Below, in pieces: positions 43,054 to 53,210 of a stretch of DNA of 64,000 nt. The position numbers and the translations under genes were made by a program. The notes beneath the pieces were generated by a model, which was given only the letters and a program-made list of their open reading frames with translations, was not told the origin of the DNA and searched no databases. Source of the DNA: an uncultured Chlamydiae bacterium (GTDB lineage Bacteria; Chlamydiota; Chlamydiia; Chlamydiales; Parachlamydiaceae); contig CAVWGN010000001.1 in NCBI GenBank assembly GCA_963754655.1, forward strand, positions 2,912,001-2,976,000. Direction: 5' to 3'. How positions within the stretch are numbered: the first letter of the stretch is position 1; every line of letters starts with the position of its first letter.

Positions 43054-44515
43054 GGGACAATTGCAGAATTATTTAGCGTGTTATACTGCGATTTTTTTTC
43101 TGTCAATTGTACCTGAGATCGAAAAGAATCGATTCTAGACGACTAAGTTTTAATGAAAAAAAAACACTTTTATGCAAAACATTCGAATTTTTTGAATTTT
43201 TTTAAAAATTGATCTAATTTTGGCAGGGGGTAACGTAAGAAGATACTGTCAATCTTTGAAATTTAATCGATCTTTAGGAAGTGAATTTCAATAACATCAT
43301 AGCGGCCGCTGTTAATACTCCAAATAATGCATGGCAAGAGACTTTCTGATATCCTCTGTAATATATCCTATGTCCTCCACAATAGTCCTTAAAGAATGCA
43401 TTAAAGGATTCTTTGGGAAATCGCTCTGCGTACCTCTTTTCTTCAGCTGTTTTAAAATTTAAAAGAGTTTTTCTTTTTTTCTCTTCCATTTTTGCCTTTT
43501 TTTGAGCTGCACTTCGCGAACACTGATCGATAATTGGTATATGATTAAGGGATCGGCTAAATTCCTTGATTTCTGGATAATCGTAAGCTGCATCCATTAA
43601 ATCGTACAAATTAGTTACTACCTTGCTTGTTTTTAGAGATAAAGGAATTGCAACTTCACAGTCATTACACGATGCAGATGTGACAATTGCAGCCAAAGGG
43701 ACTCCATTATCATCAACATTAGTATGCAACTTATAGCCTTTCCAAAAAATGTGAAATCCCTGAGGATTTCTTTTCATGCCTTTGTCACATGCTATAGGAA
43801 GATGTTCTACCATTTTTCGAAGATCTGGTTCATTCAACTGCTGTTGACGTAGATTTGGTTCTCCAGCACTTTTCATTCTTCTTCTTTCTTTGTCTTTTTC
43901 TTTTCGACGTGTTTTTGCACATGGTTTTTTTAATGATTTTTCACGTGCTTCTAAGGGTGTAGAATCTGTTATCACATGTCCTATGATCTCTCCCTTGTAA
44001 AATTCTTTAACCAATGCTTGGTGAACCCTATCCGGAAGGGTTATTTGGCTAAATTCTTTGAAAGCTCTAGAAAATTTAGATTCAGAAGGAATTTTATGAT
44101 TTGCCTCCCAACCACAAATAATCCTCAATTGTTCATCCTGGTTTAGCAGGCGAATAATTTGTTTAGTGTAAGGTTGTTTTAGGACTACTTTTGCGATAAA
44201 ACTTCTAGCCATTGCGATGCGATCTTTTGGTGGCCTTCCTAATTTGAAGGATCGCGGAATATGACTTTCAATACGAACAAGTTCCAGAATTGATACTAAT
44301 TTTTTATACTCAGGGCAGAGTTCATGAGTTCGTTTGATTAAATCAGGAAAAAGAGTAGACTGTACGTTATTCCACATTTGCGATAATTTTTCTCTGAACA
44401 TTTTTCGGTTCCTTGTATAGTTTAAGACGGTTTTTCTACATCTAGACTATATTAAGGAGCCTTTTTTTGAAAGTGGTAAATTAAAATAATTTATTGTTTA
44501 TTCTGCAATTGTCCC
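43054..44515 (-). mobile_element. Insertion sequence, 1462 bp, copy 2
   Basis: Same TIRs, length and TTTCA duplication as copy 1, opposite orientation. Confidence 0.95.
43274..44401 (-). CDS. DDE transposase, same protein as 16737-17864
   Basis: Identical 375-aa translation in the ORF track. Confidence 0.92.
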   Translation of the reverse strand: MFREKLSQMWNNVQSTLFPDLIKRTHELCPEYKKLVSILELVRIESHIPRSFKLGRPPKDRIAMARSFIAKVVLKQPYTKQIIRLLNQDEQLRIICGWEANHKIPSESKFSRAFKEFSQITLPDRVHQALVKEFYKGEIIGHVITDSTPLEAREKSLKKPCAKTRRKEKDKERRRMKSAGEPNLRQQQLNEPDLRKMVEHLPIACDKGMKRNPQGFHIFWKGYKLHTNVDDNGVPLAAIVTSASCNDCEVAIPLSLKTSKVVTNLYDLMDAAYDYPEIKEFSRSLNHIPIIDQCSRSAAQKKAKMEEKKRKTLLNFKTAEEKRYAERFPKESFNAFFKDYCGGHRIYYRGYQKVSCHALFGVLTAAAMMLLKFTS

Positions 44516-44546
44516 TTTCAGGACTCGATGTCTTTTTGATAGAACC

Positions 44547-44950
44547 CAGGCCTCCGCTTCGCTGTGACCTGGGCTGTAACATGACGGCCCTTCAGGCCTT
44601 AACAAAAAAATGATTTAGGGGCTATAGATGAGGGACATAAGACTCTCTTGTTAAGGCCTGAAGGGCTGTCATGTTACAGGCGCAGGCCTTCGCTTCGCTG
44701 CGACTGGGCTGTAATAGGCCGGCCCTTCAGGCCTAAACAAAAAGATGATTTAGGGACTATAGAAGAGGGACTTAAACATCTCTTGTTAAGGCCTGAAGGG
44801 CCGTCATGTTACAGGCGCAGGCCTCCGCTTCGCTGCGACCTGGGCTGTAACATGACGGCCCTTCAGGCCTAAACAAAAAGATGATTTAGGGACTATAGAA
44901 GAGGGACTTAAACACCTCTTGTTAAGGCCTGAAGGGCCGTCATGTTACAG
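44547..44950 (+). repeat. Three tandem ~136-bp units within element A
   Basis: Units start at 44547, 44683 and 44818. Confidence 0.88.
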
Positions 44951-45245
44951 CCCAGGTCGCAGCGAAGCGGAGGCCTGGGTTCTATCAAAAAAACTTAGGT
45001 AAGAGAACATTGATTCATGGAAAATCATTGTCATGGGTTGCTGATATAATCTTTCAGGAGGATTTAGTTAAAATACCGGGACTGAATAATTGAAATATTT
45101 TTGACCAAAAAAACTATCTTTAAATGATCTTAATTAAATTTAAGTAGAGGAATTGTTATAATTACATAAGAAGAATAAAATTTTATTCTTTAAAACTTTA
45201 TAGAATGTCAAAATTTCTGACATTAGCTGTAAAGGAATGCGTATT

Positions 45246-45261
45246 TGGCATTTTTCTTGTA
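45246..45261 (+). promoter_or_regulatory. Possible sigma54 promoter
   Basis: TGGCATTTTTCTTGTA versus TGGCAC-N5-TTGC; -12 element imperfect. Confidence 0.4.
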
Positions 45262-45319
45262 AGGATATTTCCTTATATGCATTGGATATTTAGTGGATTT
45301 GTACAAAGGAGAGGCTATT

Positions 45320-48013
45320 ATGTCAGTGGAAATTCCCAAAGATCCCCGCTCATTAAACTCTACAACCGACTCTAAACCAACTGAAGCCACCCAACCCGCA
45401 AGTGCTTTTCTTTCTGCCAAGGATTCCTTAGAAACCTTTAAAAAAGATGAGATAAGCACGCGTTTGACTCCACGCGAAAGCAGAGCACCCGAGCTAAACG
45501 AGCCTCAATCTCGAGACAATTCTATTGTAGGTTCTTTTAAAATATGGAGTGACGCCATCCGCGCTTTTCGCAATCAACTTAGCGCCTCAGATTCAGCTAA
45601 TATGGAAGCTCGTGGCAAATTCAGCCAATTAGCCGTGACACAAGCCGAAGAGATTTCAAAGCTTATTGCAGCAAAAGCAGAGGCTTTGGCTAAGCTAAAA
45701 GAAGAGATTGCAAATAAACTAGGCGGATTGAAAGACATATTAGATAAAATGCGGGAGCTAGAAAAAAAGCAACGAGAAGGAATTGATCGCATTAATGGAG
45801 GCAACGAGGAAGAAAAGAGACAATATGAAGAACTCACTCGTGCTTATGATGAATATCTCTCTAAAGTAAAAGAATTAGAGGGAATTGAGATCGATAAAGA
45901 TGGCAATTTTTTAATTCCAGATAAGCCGCCAGAAACTAAAGAAAAATATAATGAATTGACAAGGAAGTATCAAAATTCTGTTGCCACTTTTAATGATTAC
46001 TGGAAGAAGCGTTCATCTGAAATTAATAAATATAATGCTGCAACGATCGAGTATAACAAAGCGGTCGCAAAATACAATCAAGAGATCAACCAATTTATTG
46101 ACGACAATAAGCTACGCAAGTTCTTAGAAGACAATGGAATTACACTTCCTCAGTTAAAGGAAAGCAGCCAGCGCAATCTTTCTGGTTATCTCGATCATAT
46201 CCCATTCCCTGTGCCAATTACCAGCGTCCCCGGTACTGTCCCCCATTATCCTTTACCCGATTATGTTCGAAAAATTGCTCAAGCGGGACCTGGAGCTTTG
46301 CCAAAACTCGTTCCGTCTCCAAATTTTGATCCTCAGGTTTTATATACAGGCTTATACAATCAGTTATATGAAAGCCGCATTGCCCCCTTGGATCAAGAAA
46401 TCAACCGTTTCACGAGTTATTGGTCTTTTGTGAATCGTCAAATTCTTCAAAAGAATAAGCAAGAGTCTTCAACCGATGGCTTACTCAATTCCAAACCCCT
46501 TGCACAAAGACTTCTCCCTGCTGGTTTGACTCTCTCTCGACCTTCCCTTTCTTCTAGCTCTTTGGCCATGCAAACAATGGGAATAGACAATCCCCATGTA
46601 CAAGTCCTGATGGGACAAGCCTTGCTCAAGCAAGTCATTAAGAGTTCTCATCTTAAAGCCTTAGAAGGGCTGAAGGGAGTAGAGCGAGATAAAAAGATTG
46701 AGCAGCTAACCGATCAAGTCTTGATTTTATCTGTTGGCTTATTGGGCAATCAAAGCATGCAATCCTTATTTCCTAGCCTTGGCATCCTTTCAGATTCCCT
46801 AGCTTCATTACCCAAAGATAGCCCAGCATTCGCGATTTTATTTGCCGTTTCTTTGTCTAATCGTATTCAAGAAGGGATCAAGCAAGGAACCACGGCTGAA
46901 GCTTTGCAAACTTTCCTCGATAAAAATCCTGACTTTACTGCCTTGCCTACCGAAGAGAAAGCCCAACTGGAAGCAGCTCTCAATTTGGGACAACTAATGG
47001 TGGTCGGTAAATTAATAGAAGATTCTCTGGGACTGCCAGGCTTATTAAATCCCCTAATGCCTTCTCTCTTACCCACTTTAAATCTTGAGGATGTGATTCC
47101 TCAAGCAGAGCAGGAGGTCGAACAAGGGCAACTGGAGCTGCAAACTCAGATGAAAGATCACTTTATCCAACAAAGCTATTCTGAAGATCAAGCCCAATTT
47201 TTAGCTCAGGTTGGTTCTGACCTCACTCAACAAGGCCTTTTAACTCCGGCTGTGACGGCCAATATCTCCCCAAAAACGCTCAATCAACCTTTACTGGTGA
47301 ATTCTGTGAAAGCTGAACTTGTCCTGGCTCATTATTCTTTAGACGATGCCCATGCCGTTGCTCATGAAGCTGTTGATTTGACTCTTGCAGATGCTCCTTA
47401 TCCTACTGCAAAGCAATTCCGTGCTGCTTTGGAATCCAATCTAGTCGACTTGCAAGTTAAAATGAGTCCCAATATTGCTGCTGCTGCCGTGCTGATTCCT
47501 CTCCCAGAACCATCCCTTCCTCGAGTCGCTGTCGCTCCTATTCGTGCCACTACTCCATCGATTGCTCCAGCTTCCGCTCCTCCTGCGCCCCAGACTCCGC
47601 CTATCGCTACTCCGCCACAGCTTTCCCCTATTAAAGTGACGGCCATTGTAGAAAAACGCATCCTTCAACTTCTTGTGCCTCAATTGGGAACTCAATTAGC
47701 TCAGCAAGTCAGCCAGGAAATGGCTAAAACCCTGTTTGGTACTATTCATCCTGATTCCAGTGATATCGCACAGATTAAATCCCCTTATGCCTTGGTGAAC
47801 GTTGTCAGAAATCAACTGTATCATCTCAATGTCGAGCAAAATCGAATTTGGACAAATGCCGTCGTTGAAACTTTTAAAGAAAGCATTAAAACAATGGTAA
47901 GCTTTTACGCTTTTTCCTTGAAAATTATGGATCCGGCTTATCTTTTTGTTTTTGCCTCTGGGATTATTTATGGGGATCAAGGAAGAAATAAACCGATTGC
48001 TATTCCCATTTAA
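45320..48013 (+). CDS. Large coiled-coil/Pro-rich protein, putative T3SS substrate
   Basis: ATG after AGGAG; S/T-rich N-terminus with PELNEP; first gene of the translocon cluster. Confidence 0.75.
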   Translation: MSVEIPKDPRSLNSTTDSKPTEATQPASAFLSAKDSLETFKKDEISTRLTPRESRAPELNEPQSRDNSIVGSFKIWSDAIRAFRNQLSASDSANMEARGKFSQLAVTQAEEISKLIAAKAEALAKLKEEIANKLGGLKDILDKMRELEKKQREGIDRINGGNEEEKRQYEELTRAYDEYLSKVKELEGIEIDKDGNFLIPDKPPETKEKYNELTRKYQNSVATFNDYWKKRSSEINKYNAATIEYNKAVAKYNQEINQFIDDNKLRKFLEDNGITLPQLKESSQRNLSGYLDHIPFPVPITSVPGTVPHYPLPDYVRKIAQAGPGALPKLVPSPNFDPQVLYTGLYNQLYESRIAPLDQEINRFTSYWSFVNRQILQKNKQESSTDGLLNSKPLAQRLLPAGLTLSRPSLSSSSLAMQTMGIDNPHVQVLMGQALLKQVIKSSHLKALEGLKGVERDKKIEQLTDQVLILSVGLLGNQSMQSLFPSLGILSDSLASLPKDSPAFAILFAVSLSNRIQEGIKQGTTAEALQTFLDKNPDFTALPTEEKAQLEAALNLGQLMVVGKLIEDSLGLPGLLNPLMPSLLPTLNLEDVIPQAEQEVEQGQLELQTQMKDHFIQQSYSEDQAQFLAQVGSDLTQQGLLTPAVTANISPKTLNQPLLVNSVKAELVLAHYSLDDAHAVAHEAVDLTLADAPYPTAKQFRAALESNLVDLQVKMSPNIAAAAVLIPLPEPSLPRVAVAPIRATTPSIAPASAPPAPQTPPIATPPQLSPIKVTAIVEKRILQLLVPQLGTQLAQQVSQEMAKTLFGTIHPDSSDIAQIKSPYALVNVVRNQLYHLNVEQNRIWTNAVVETFKESIKTMVSFYAFSLKIMDPAYLFVFASGIIYGDQGRNKPIAIPI

Positions 48014-48051
48014 ATTCATAAGAAGCATCTATTAAGCATTTAAAGGATTAA

Positions 48052-48080
48052 TTGTTTTTTAAATCAAACTGTTGTACAAT
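48052..48080 (+). promoter_or_regulatory. sigma66/70-type promoter
   Basis: TTGTTT-N17-TACAAT. Confidence 0.45.
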
Positions 48081-48169
48081 AGTAATTATGGAATTATTAA
48101 ATATTAATCTAAAAAAATTAAAATTTGTTTAATATCAATAATAAAATTGAAACTCTTTAAGAGTTAAAA

Positions 48170-49489
48170 GTGAGTCATTTTATGGTAGAATCAATATCAA
48201 GTTATGGAGTGAGCGGCAATTCATACGGTGAATATGTCGAAAGTGATGTATCAAAAGCTTATCTCTCGTATATGCAACGCATTCAAGCGATCATGAACAA
48301 ATCAAGTTTTACTGCGCAGGATATCAATGACTTAAGAGAGCTCATGCGGCTGATCAATGGTCTAGATCTAAAAGAGAGTGTCCTTGAATACGATAAGGAT
48401 CTTGTTTTTCTCTTTTTTAAGGCTGCAGGAATAGATCCTAATAATAGCGATCCTGTTGATCCTAAAAAGTTGCTAGCGCTTAAAGATGTCACATTAGAAA
48501 TGCCACCACTCTACGGGCAAAGCAGCGGAAAAAAAATTAAACTTGGTGAGGCCATCGCCCTTGCCTTAGACCCTGCAAGAGCACAAGAGGCTAATCGAGC
48601 ATTAGGCGATACATTACTGCACTTTTCGACTTGGGTTTATGATATGTATTCAAAGGAAGTTGAGAAATTACAGCAACAAGTCGTCTATACCACCCAAATC
48701 CTCAATAGCTTAGGGGATCTGTTGGCGCTTCTTAAGAATTACAAACTCAAATATCAATATCCAGATAATTTTCAGATAGATCCTACAAAGTGGAAGTCTG
48801 AGGCAGACCTTCCGCCAGGATTACGAGCAGCACTAGCAAAGTACAAAGATAAAGATGGCAACGGCATTCCACCAGGAGCAATTTGGAAAGAGGAACCTGA
48901 AGGGAGTGGTAATTGGAAGCTTGAGAAAACAGAGGATTTTGGAAAACTTATAGAATGGGTCAGAAATAACAAGGGAACATTTGTCGACATCTGTAATAAC
49001 TATTTTGGAAAAGAACTTGAAGTTGTCCCTGGAGAGATACCACCCGGTACCATTATAGATTTGATCAAACTACGCGATAAGCTTGCCCAGCAATTAAAAA
49101 ATTTAGAAGAAGCTGGTAATGACCCTACTGAAGAAGGATCTGCAGCTTATGCCTTAAAGAAGGTTCTTGATAAACTTAAATCGCACTTTTCTCAAGATGT
49201 ATATACAGATGAAGATGCCAAAAGATTGGTTGAGGAGTTTCTCATGGCTGGTCAAGGTTATCAAAGAACAGAGGATGGAAAAGGCTGGGAGAAAATAACA
49301 ACCCCTGGAAAAAACGTCGTCGATTTAATTAACGATGCCATCTCCGCTAACCAATTTTTAAGTGCTCAATTATCCGATGAAATTAAAGCCAAAAATGTTT
49401 TCCTCAATACCGTTTATGAGATTCTTACACAAGCGATGAAAACCGAAGATAAAACGAAACAAGGCTTTGCTCGGAATATCGCTCGTTAA
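48170..49489 (+). CDS. Hypothetical protein, candidate T3SS tip (SctA-like)
   Basis: Amphipathic C-terminal helix ending FARNIAR; upstream of sycD-copB; function inferred. Confidence 0.6.
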   Translation: MSHFMVESISSYGVSGNSYGEYVESDVSKAYLSYMQRIQAIMNKSSFTAQDINDLRELMRLINGLDLKESVLEYDKDLVFLFFKAAGIDPNNSDPVDPKKLLALKDVTLEMPPLYGQSSGKKIKLGEAIALALDPARAQEANRALGDTLLHFSTWVYDMYSKEVEKLQQQVVYTTQILNSLGDLLALLKNYKLKYQYPDNFQIDPTKWKSEADLPPGLRAALAKYKDKDGNGIPPGAIWKEEPEGSGNWKLEKTEDFGKLIEWVRNNKGTFVDICNNYFGKELEVVPGEIPPGTIIDLIKLRDKLAQQLKNLEEAGNDPTEEGSAAYALKKVLDKLKSHFSQDVYTDEDAKRLVEEFLMAGQGYQRTEDGKGWEKITTPGKNVVDLINDAISANQFLSAQLSDEIKAKNVFLNTVYEILTQAMKTEDKTKQGFARNIAR

Positions 49490-49495
49490 GAAAGA

Positions 49496-49511
49496 TGGCA
49501 TGATTATTGCT
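49496..49511 (+). promoter_or_regulatory. sigma54 promoter
   Basis: TGGCATGATTATTGCT, near-consensus -24/-12 with correct spacing. Confidence 0.7.
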
Positions 49512-49599
49512 GTATTTAAACATAACACTTGCACTATTGAAAGTTCTTGGGTTAGCTCGCTAAGCTTCCTTTTGACTCTCAATTATTTAGGAGAAAGAT

Positions 49600-50220
49600 A
49601 TGAGTCCAATAGAAAATGTTCCAGTTTCTGAAAGAAATCCTTTATTCGATATTAATAAGGATACGAAAGTTAAGGAAGAGGCAACCGCAGAAGAAACCCA
49701 ACGTCAAAATTCAGACGACATTCTCGATGTCAATGAATTGTTAAAAAACGATCCGGCATACAAAAAACTCTATGATAAAATGGTTGGAAACTACGCTCAA
49801 CAATCTTCTGCTAGCCTGAATATTATGAGCCGTGTGATGAACGCTTTGATGGAATTGAATCAAGTCTTGTCAAGAGTGGCTACTATTTATGCTGACCACC
49901 TCGGAAAAATTACCGAAAAACTCAATGCCTATAGCAAGCTTCAAACACAAATTCCCGTCATTACCGATGGAATGGGATTCATGGACGATACGGGTGATTC
50001 AACAAAGGACGAAAAAATTAGAGAGGATAGAGGCCAGATCAACCAGAAGTTTGGCAATATGTTAGAAGCCATTCGTGCAAATAAAGGAATAGAAGAAGAT
50101 AAGGCCAAAAAATTGAATACCATCCTTCAAGCCATGAAAGATGCCGGCCAACAAGCTTCTGATTTTATGACTTCTTTTGCAGATATGTGGCGCCAGGTAG
50201 GATCCAAGATCTCTCAATAA
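49600..50220 (+). CDS. Helical-hairpin protein, EspA/DUF720-like T3SS substrate candidate
   Basis: Two long amphipathic helices; directly before sycD. Confidence 0.6.
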   Translation: MSPIENVPVSERNPLFDINKDTKVKEEATAEETQRQNSDDILDVNELLKNDPAYKKLYDKMVGNYAQQSSASLNIMSRVMNALMELNQVLSRVATIYADHLGKITEKLNAYSKLQTQIPVITDGMGFMDDTGDSTKDEKIREDRGQINQKFGNMLEAIRANKGIEEDKAKKLNTILQAMKDAGQQASDFMTSFADMWRQVGSKISQ

Positions 50221-50293
50221 TCCCTAAGGAAATAAGTGGCTCAATAGGCGTCAAGACATGACAAGTTAAGGATCTCAATTTAAGGGGGATACC

Positions 50294-50899
50294 ATGAAAG
50301 GTTCTCGCGAAACAAAAGGGCAAATGAGAAAAGAGACTTTGAGCTCTGCCGAAAAGCAAGGTGAAAAATTTGACCAAGCTTTAGGTGACATTGCCAATAA
50401 AATGTTAAAGCAGGGAATGACGCCTAAAGATGCCATGGGCCTTAGTCCTACTTATTTAGAAAACATTTATGCCCAGGCTTATCGTCTCTATAATACGGGA
50501 AAATATGCTGAGGCAATTCATCTCTTTCGCATTCTCATTATGTTAAATGCCATGGAACCTAAGTACATGTTGGGTCTGGCAGCTTGCTTCCACATGTTGA
50601 AAGAGTATTTTAACGCCATTCAGACTTATACGATGTGCGGCGCGCTTGACCCCCATAACCCCATTCCCCATTACCACTCTTCTGATTGTTTCATTCAAAT
50701 GAAGGACTATCTATCCGCCATGATCTGCCTTGAACTAGCGATCGAGCGGGCCGGAGACAAACCAGAATATGCCAAGATGAAAGAACGAGCACAATTAAGC
50801 TTAGAAAGCTTAAAACAACAAGTCGCTTCAAATCCAGTAGAGGAAGAATCACCTTTAATAAAGGAACAACAAGAAAGACGATTTGATCTTTACTCATAG
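50294..50899 (+). CDS. lcrH: SycD/LcrH class II T3SS chaperone
   Basis: IYAQAYRLYNTGKYAEA, YMLGLAAC, PIPHYHSSDCF. Confidence 0.93.
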   Translation: MKGSRETKGQMRKETLSSAEKQGEKFDQALGDIANKMLKQGMTPKDAMGLSPTYLENIYAQAYRLYNTGKYAEAIHLFRILIMLNAMEPKYMLGLAACFHMLKEYFNAIQTYTMCGALDPHNPIPHYHSSDCFIQMKDYLSAMICLELAIERAGDKPEYAKMKERAQLSLESLKQQVASNPVEEESPLIKEQQERRFDLYS

Positions 50900-50933
50900 A
50901 TCGTTTTTTTATACAACTAAAAGGTCATTAATT

Positions 50934-53201
50934 ATGAATCATCCTATTAACGGATCCTCTTCAGATCCTTTTTCTAAAACTGCCGCAGATGTTGGCACAA
51001 CTTCTTTTGGGGAGACATCAATTCAGCAACCGACTTCTACACAGGCGTCCAAAGCAGCCATTTCTGCTGATTTCCAAGTATTTGAAGGAACAGATAATTT
51101 TGATATCGGAACAACTGTCACTCAACAATTTGCATCCATGCAACCCCGAGGCATTTATCAGGCTGATCCACACCGCCCTAAGCTAACTATCGAACCTGAT
51201 CCAGATGGGCTAACAGGTCCACAACCCTATGAACCTGATTCGCAAATTGCAATTAAGAATTTTTTCAAAGACCGCCTGAGAGAGTTATTAAGAAAAAAGG
51301 AGACAGGCATTCAAGCCGCCACTGTCCAAGTAATGGAAGATTCTTTAACAAAAGAAATCAAAGAAAAAGAGGCCGACAAGTCTAACACACCTAAAAATCA
51401 ATCAGCTAAAGGTGCAGCAGAAAAAGAAGAAGGAGAAGGACCCGAACTTCCTTTGCCTCAAGTTGAAAAAGAGGTAACTCTCATCGTAAGCAGCGTCATC
51501 AGTGGCAAAATAGCAACATTGAGCGAAAGTCAAAAAAAATTGGCAGTAGAAACAACTAAGGAAACGCAAGAAGCCTGGGGATTGCCCGCCTCCTGGTCGG
51601 TGGGGTCACATCAAAAGCTAGATTGGACGCCTATCAAAAAGGTTGATCCTCCTGTCAATATTGATCTAGCCCGTAAAGAATTTCTGGCTGCCAATATGAC
51701 AGAGCTCTTAGAAGCCATGCAAAAAGCTGGTCAAAAAGTTATCGATTCTTTGTCTTCCGTAGAACATATACGCATACCGGTAGCCGATTTAATCCAGGTG
51801 ATTTCTCAAGCAATTCGAGGCTTAAAGGAAGCCTTAAGAAATTTACAAATGAAAGAATCAGATACCTCTATTAAGCTGTCGGATGCTAAATTTGGAGCAA
51901 TTAAAGACCGCGAAAATTCAATAAACGATCAAATAGAAAAAAATAAAGAAATCTCTGAAACAAGAGCAAAACAGGAAGAAAAAGCCAAAACTGCAAAAAT
52001 TGTCTCCTGTATTGTTTCAGTGATAGCAACCATTGTCGGAGCCATTCTTCTTCCTTTTACAGCAGGGATGAGTACGGCTTTGATCATTGCGGGTATTGCT
52101 GTTGCTGCCGCTATGACAGCTTATACCATTGTGGATGCAACGTTCAATGTGACAACAAAACTTCTGACAGCCTTTAATAAATGTTTAGAAGGCATGTTTC
52201 CCGGGGAGGAGAATAACTGGAAAAGAACACTGGTTAAAGCAGCAATCATCGCTTGTGTTGTCGCTATTCTTGTCGTGGCCGTCGTCGCGACAGGAGGAGG
52301 AGCGGCAGCTAATATTGCGACTCAAACCGCATCTCAAATTGCCAAGACAGCTGTCTTAGAGACCCTCAAGCAATTATCTCTCCAAGCAATCATGATCACT
52401 ATTATGTCTAGCAACATCATTCCCGAATTGTTTAGTACTGCGTTAATTGAATCTGGAGTTCTTAATCGAGAGGACAAGGAAGGAAAAATGTGGGCTGAAA
52501 TGGCGATGATGGCCGTGACCATGCTCACGATGATGGCCATTGTAGCGACTGGAGGAAAGGGAGTTGGAAGCATCAAAGAAATTGGAAAAGGCATTTCAGA
52601 AGGGGCAAAATCTGTTGGAAGGACAATAGCCAACACCTTAAAATCCATGGTAGAAATCTTAACAGATTTGAAATCCAGCCTTGCGAAATTAGGAGAAGGA
52701 ATACAACAGCTAATTCAGACACTTATTAAAATGCTTAGCTCTCTTCTTAACGCTATTAAAAATGCTCCTAGAGACCTCGTGGTAGGATCCAAAGATTTAG
52801 CGATAAGCTTATTATTTGTTTTTCGGGATATGGCAGATATTATTAAGCATATTATTGGTACACGTAGCTTGGACAAAGAGACTATGGCTGCAATAACACA
52901 CCATTTAGAGACGCTTATCTACACTCTTAAACTTGCAGGGCTTGGCACAGAAATTGCGGTTGGAATTATTGTGGGTATCTTGGGTATGAAATTATCAGAT
53001 TTACTTAAAGAGGTAGGTTTAATTGAAAAAGCTCAGGAAATCACTCAGCTATTGATCAAATTATTTGATCAACTCTTGAATAGTTTTCAAGATGACTTGG
53101 GAAAAATTTCTGATTGGCTTAAGAGCCTTCAACATGCAATGGATAGCACCTTTGCCTCAGCAGATCAAACTTTAGCTAGAGCATCTCGTGTTCCAATATA
53201 G
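50934..53201 (+). CDS. copB: Major translocator (CopB/SctE-like)
   Basis: PELPLP chaperone motif, coiled coil, long hydrophobic segments, follows sycD. Confidence 0.82.
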   Translation: MNHPINGSSSDPFSKTAADVGTTSFGETSIQQPTSTQASKAAISADFQVFEGTDNFDIGTTVTQQFASMQPRGIYQADPHRPKLTIEPDPDGLTGPQPYEPDSQIAIKNFFKDRLRELLRKKETGIQAATVQVMEDSLTKEIKEKEADKSNTPKNQSAKGAAEKEEGEGPELPLPQVEKEVTLIVSSVISGKIATLSESQKKLAVETTKETQEAWGLPASWSVGSHQKLDWTPIKKVDPPVNIDLARKEFLAANMTELLEAMQKAGQKVIDSLSSVEHIRIPVADLIQVISQAIRGLKEALRNLQMKESDTSIKLSDAKFGAIKDRENSINDQIEKNKEISETRAKQEEKAKTAKIVSCIVSVIATIVGAILLPFTAGMSTALIIAGIAVAAAMTAYTIVDATFNVTTKLLTAFNKCLEGMFPGEENNWKRTLVKAAIIACVVAILVVAVVATGGGAAANIATQTASQIAKTAVLETLKQLSLQAIMITIMSSNIIPELFSTALIESGVLNREDKEGKMWAEMAMMAVTMLTMMAIVATGGKGVGSIKEIGKGISEGAKSVGRTIANTLKSMVEILTDLKSSLAKLGEGIQQLIQTLIKMLSSLLNAIKNAPRDLVVGSKDLAISLLFVFRDMADIIKHIIGTRSLDKETMAAITHHLETLIYTLKLAGLGTEIAVGIIVGILGMKLSDLLKEVGLIEKAQEITQLLIKLFDQLLNSFQDDLGKISDWLKSLQHAMDSTFASADQTLARASRVPI

Positions 53202-53210
53202 GAGGTAGAC

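Larger units (their letters stand above)
42961..44991. mobile_element. Family A copy 3, IS-interrupted, core triplicated, right arm truncated
   Basis: Left arm 42961-43053 resumes at 44516; right arm stops after GGGTTCTATCAAAAA. Confidence 0.88.

Noticed and set aside
16623..44515. Composite transposon or past inversion between the two IS copies
   Set aside because: Each copy has its own duplication and matching element A flanks, and the interval holds core genes; a future inversion remains possible.
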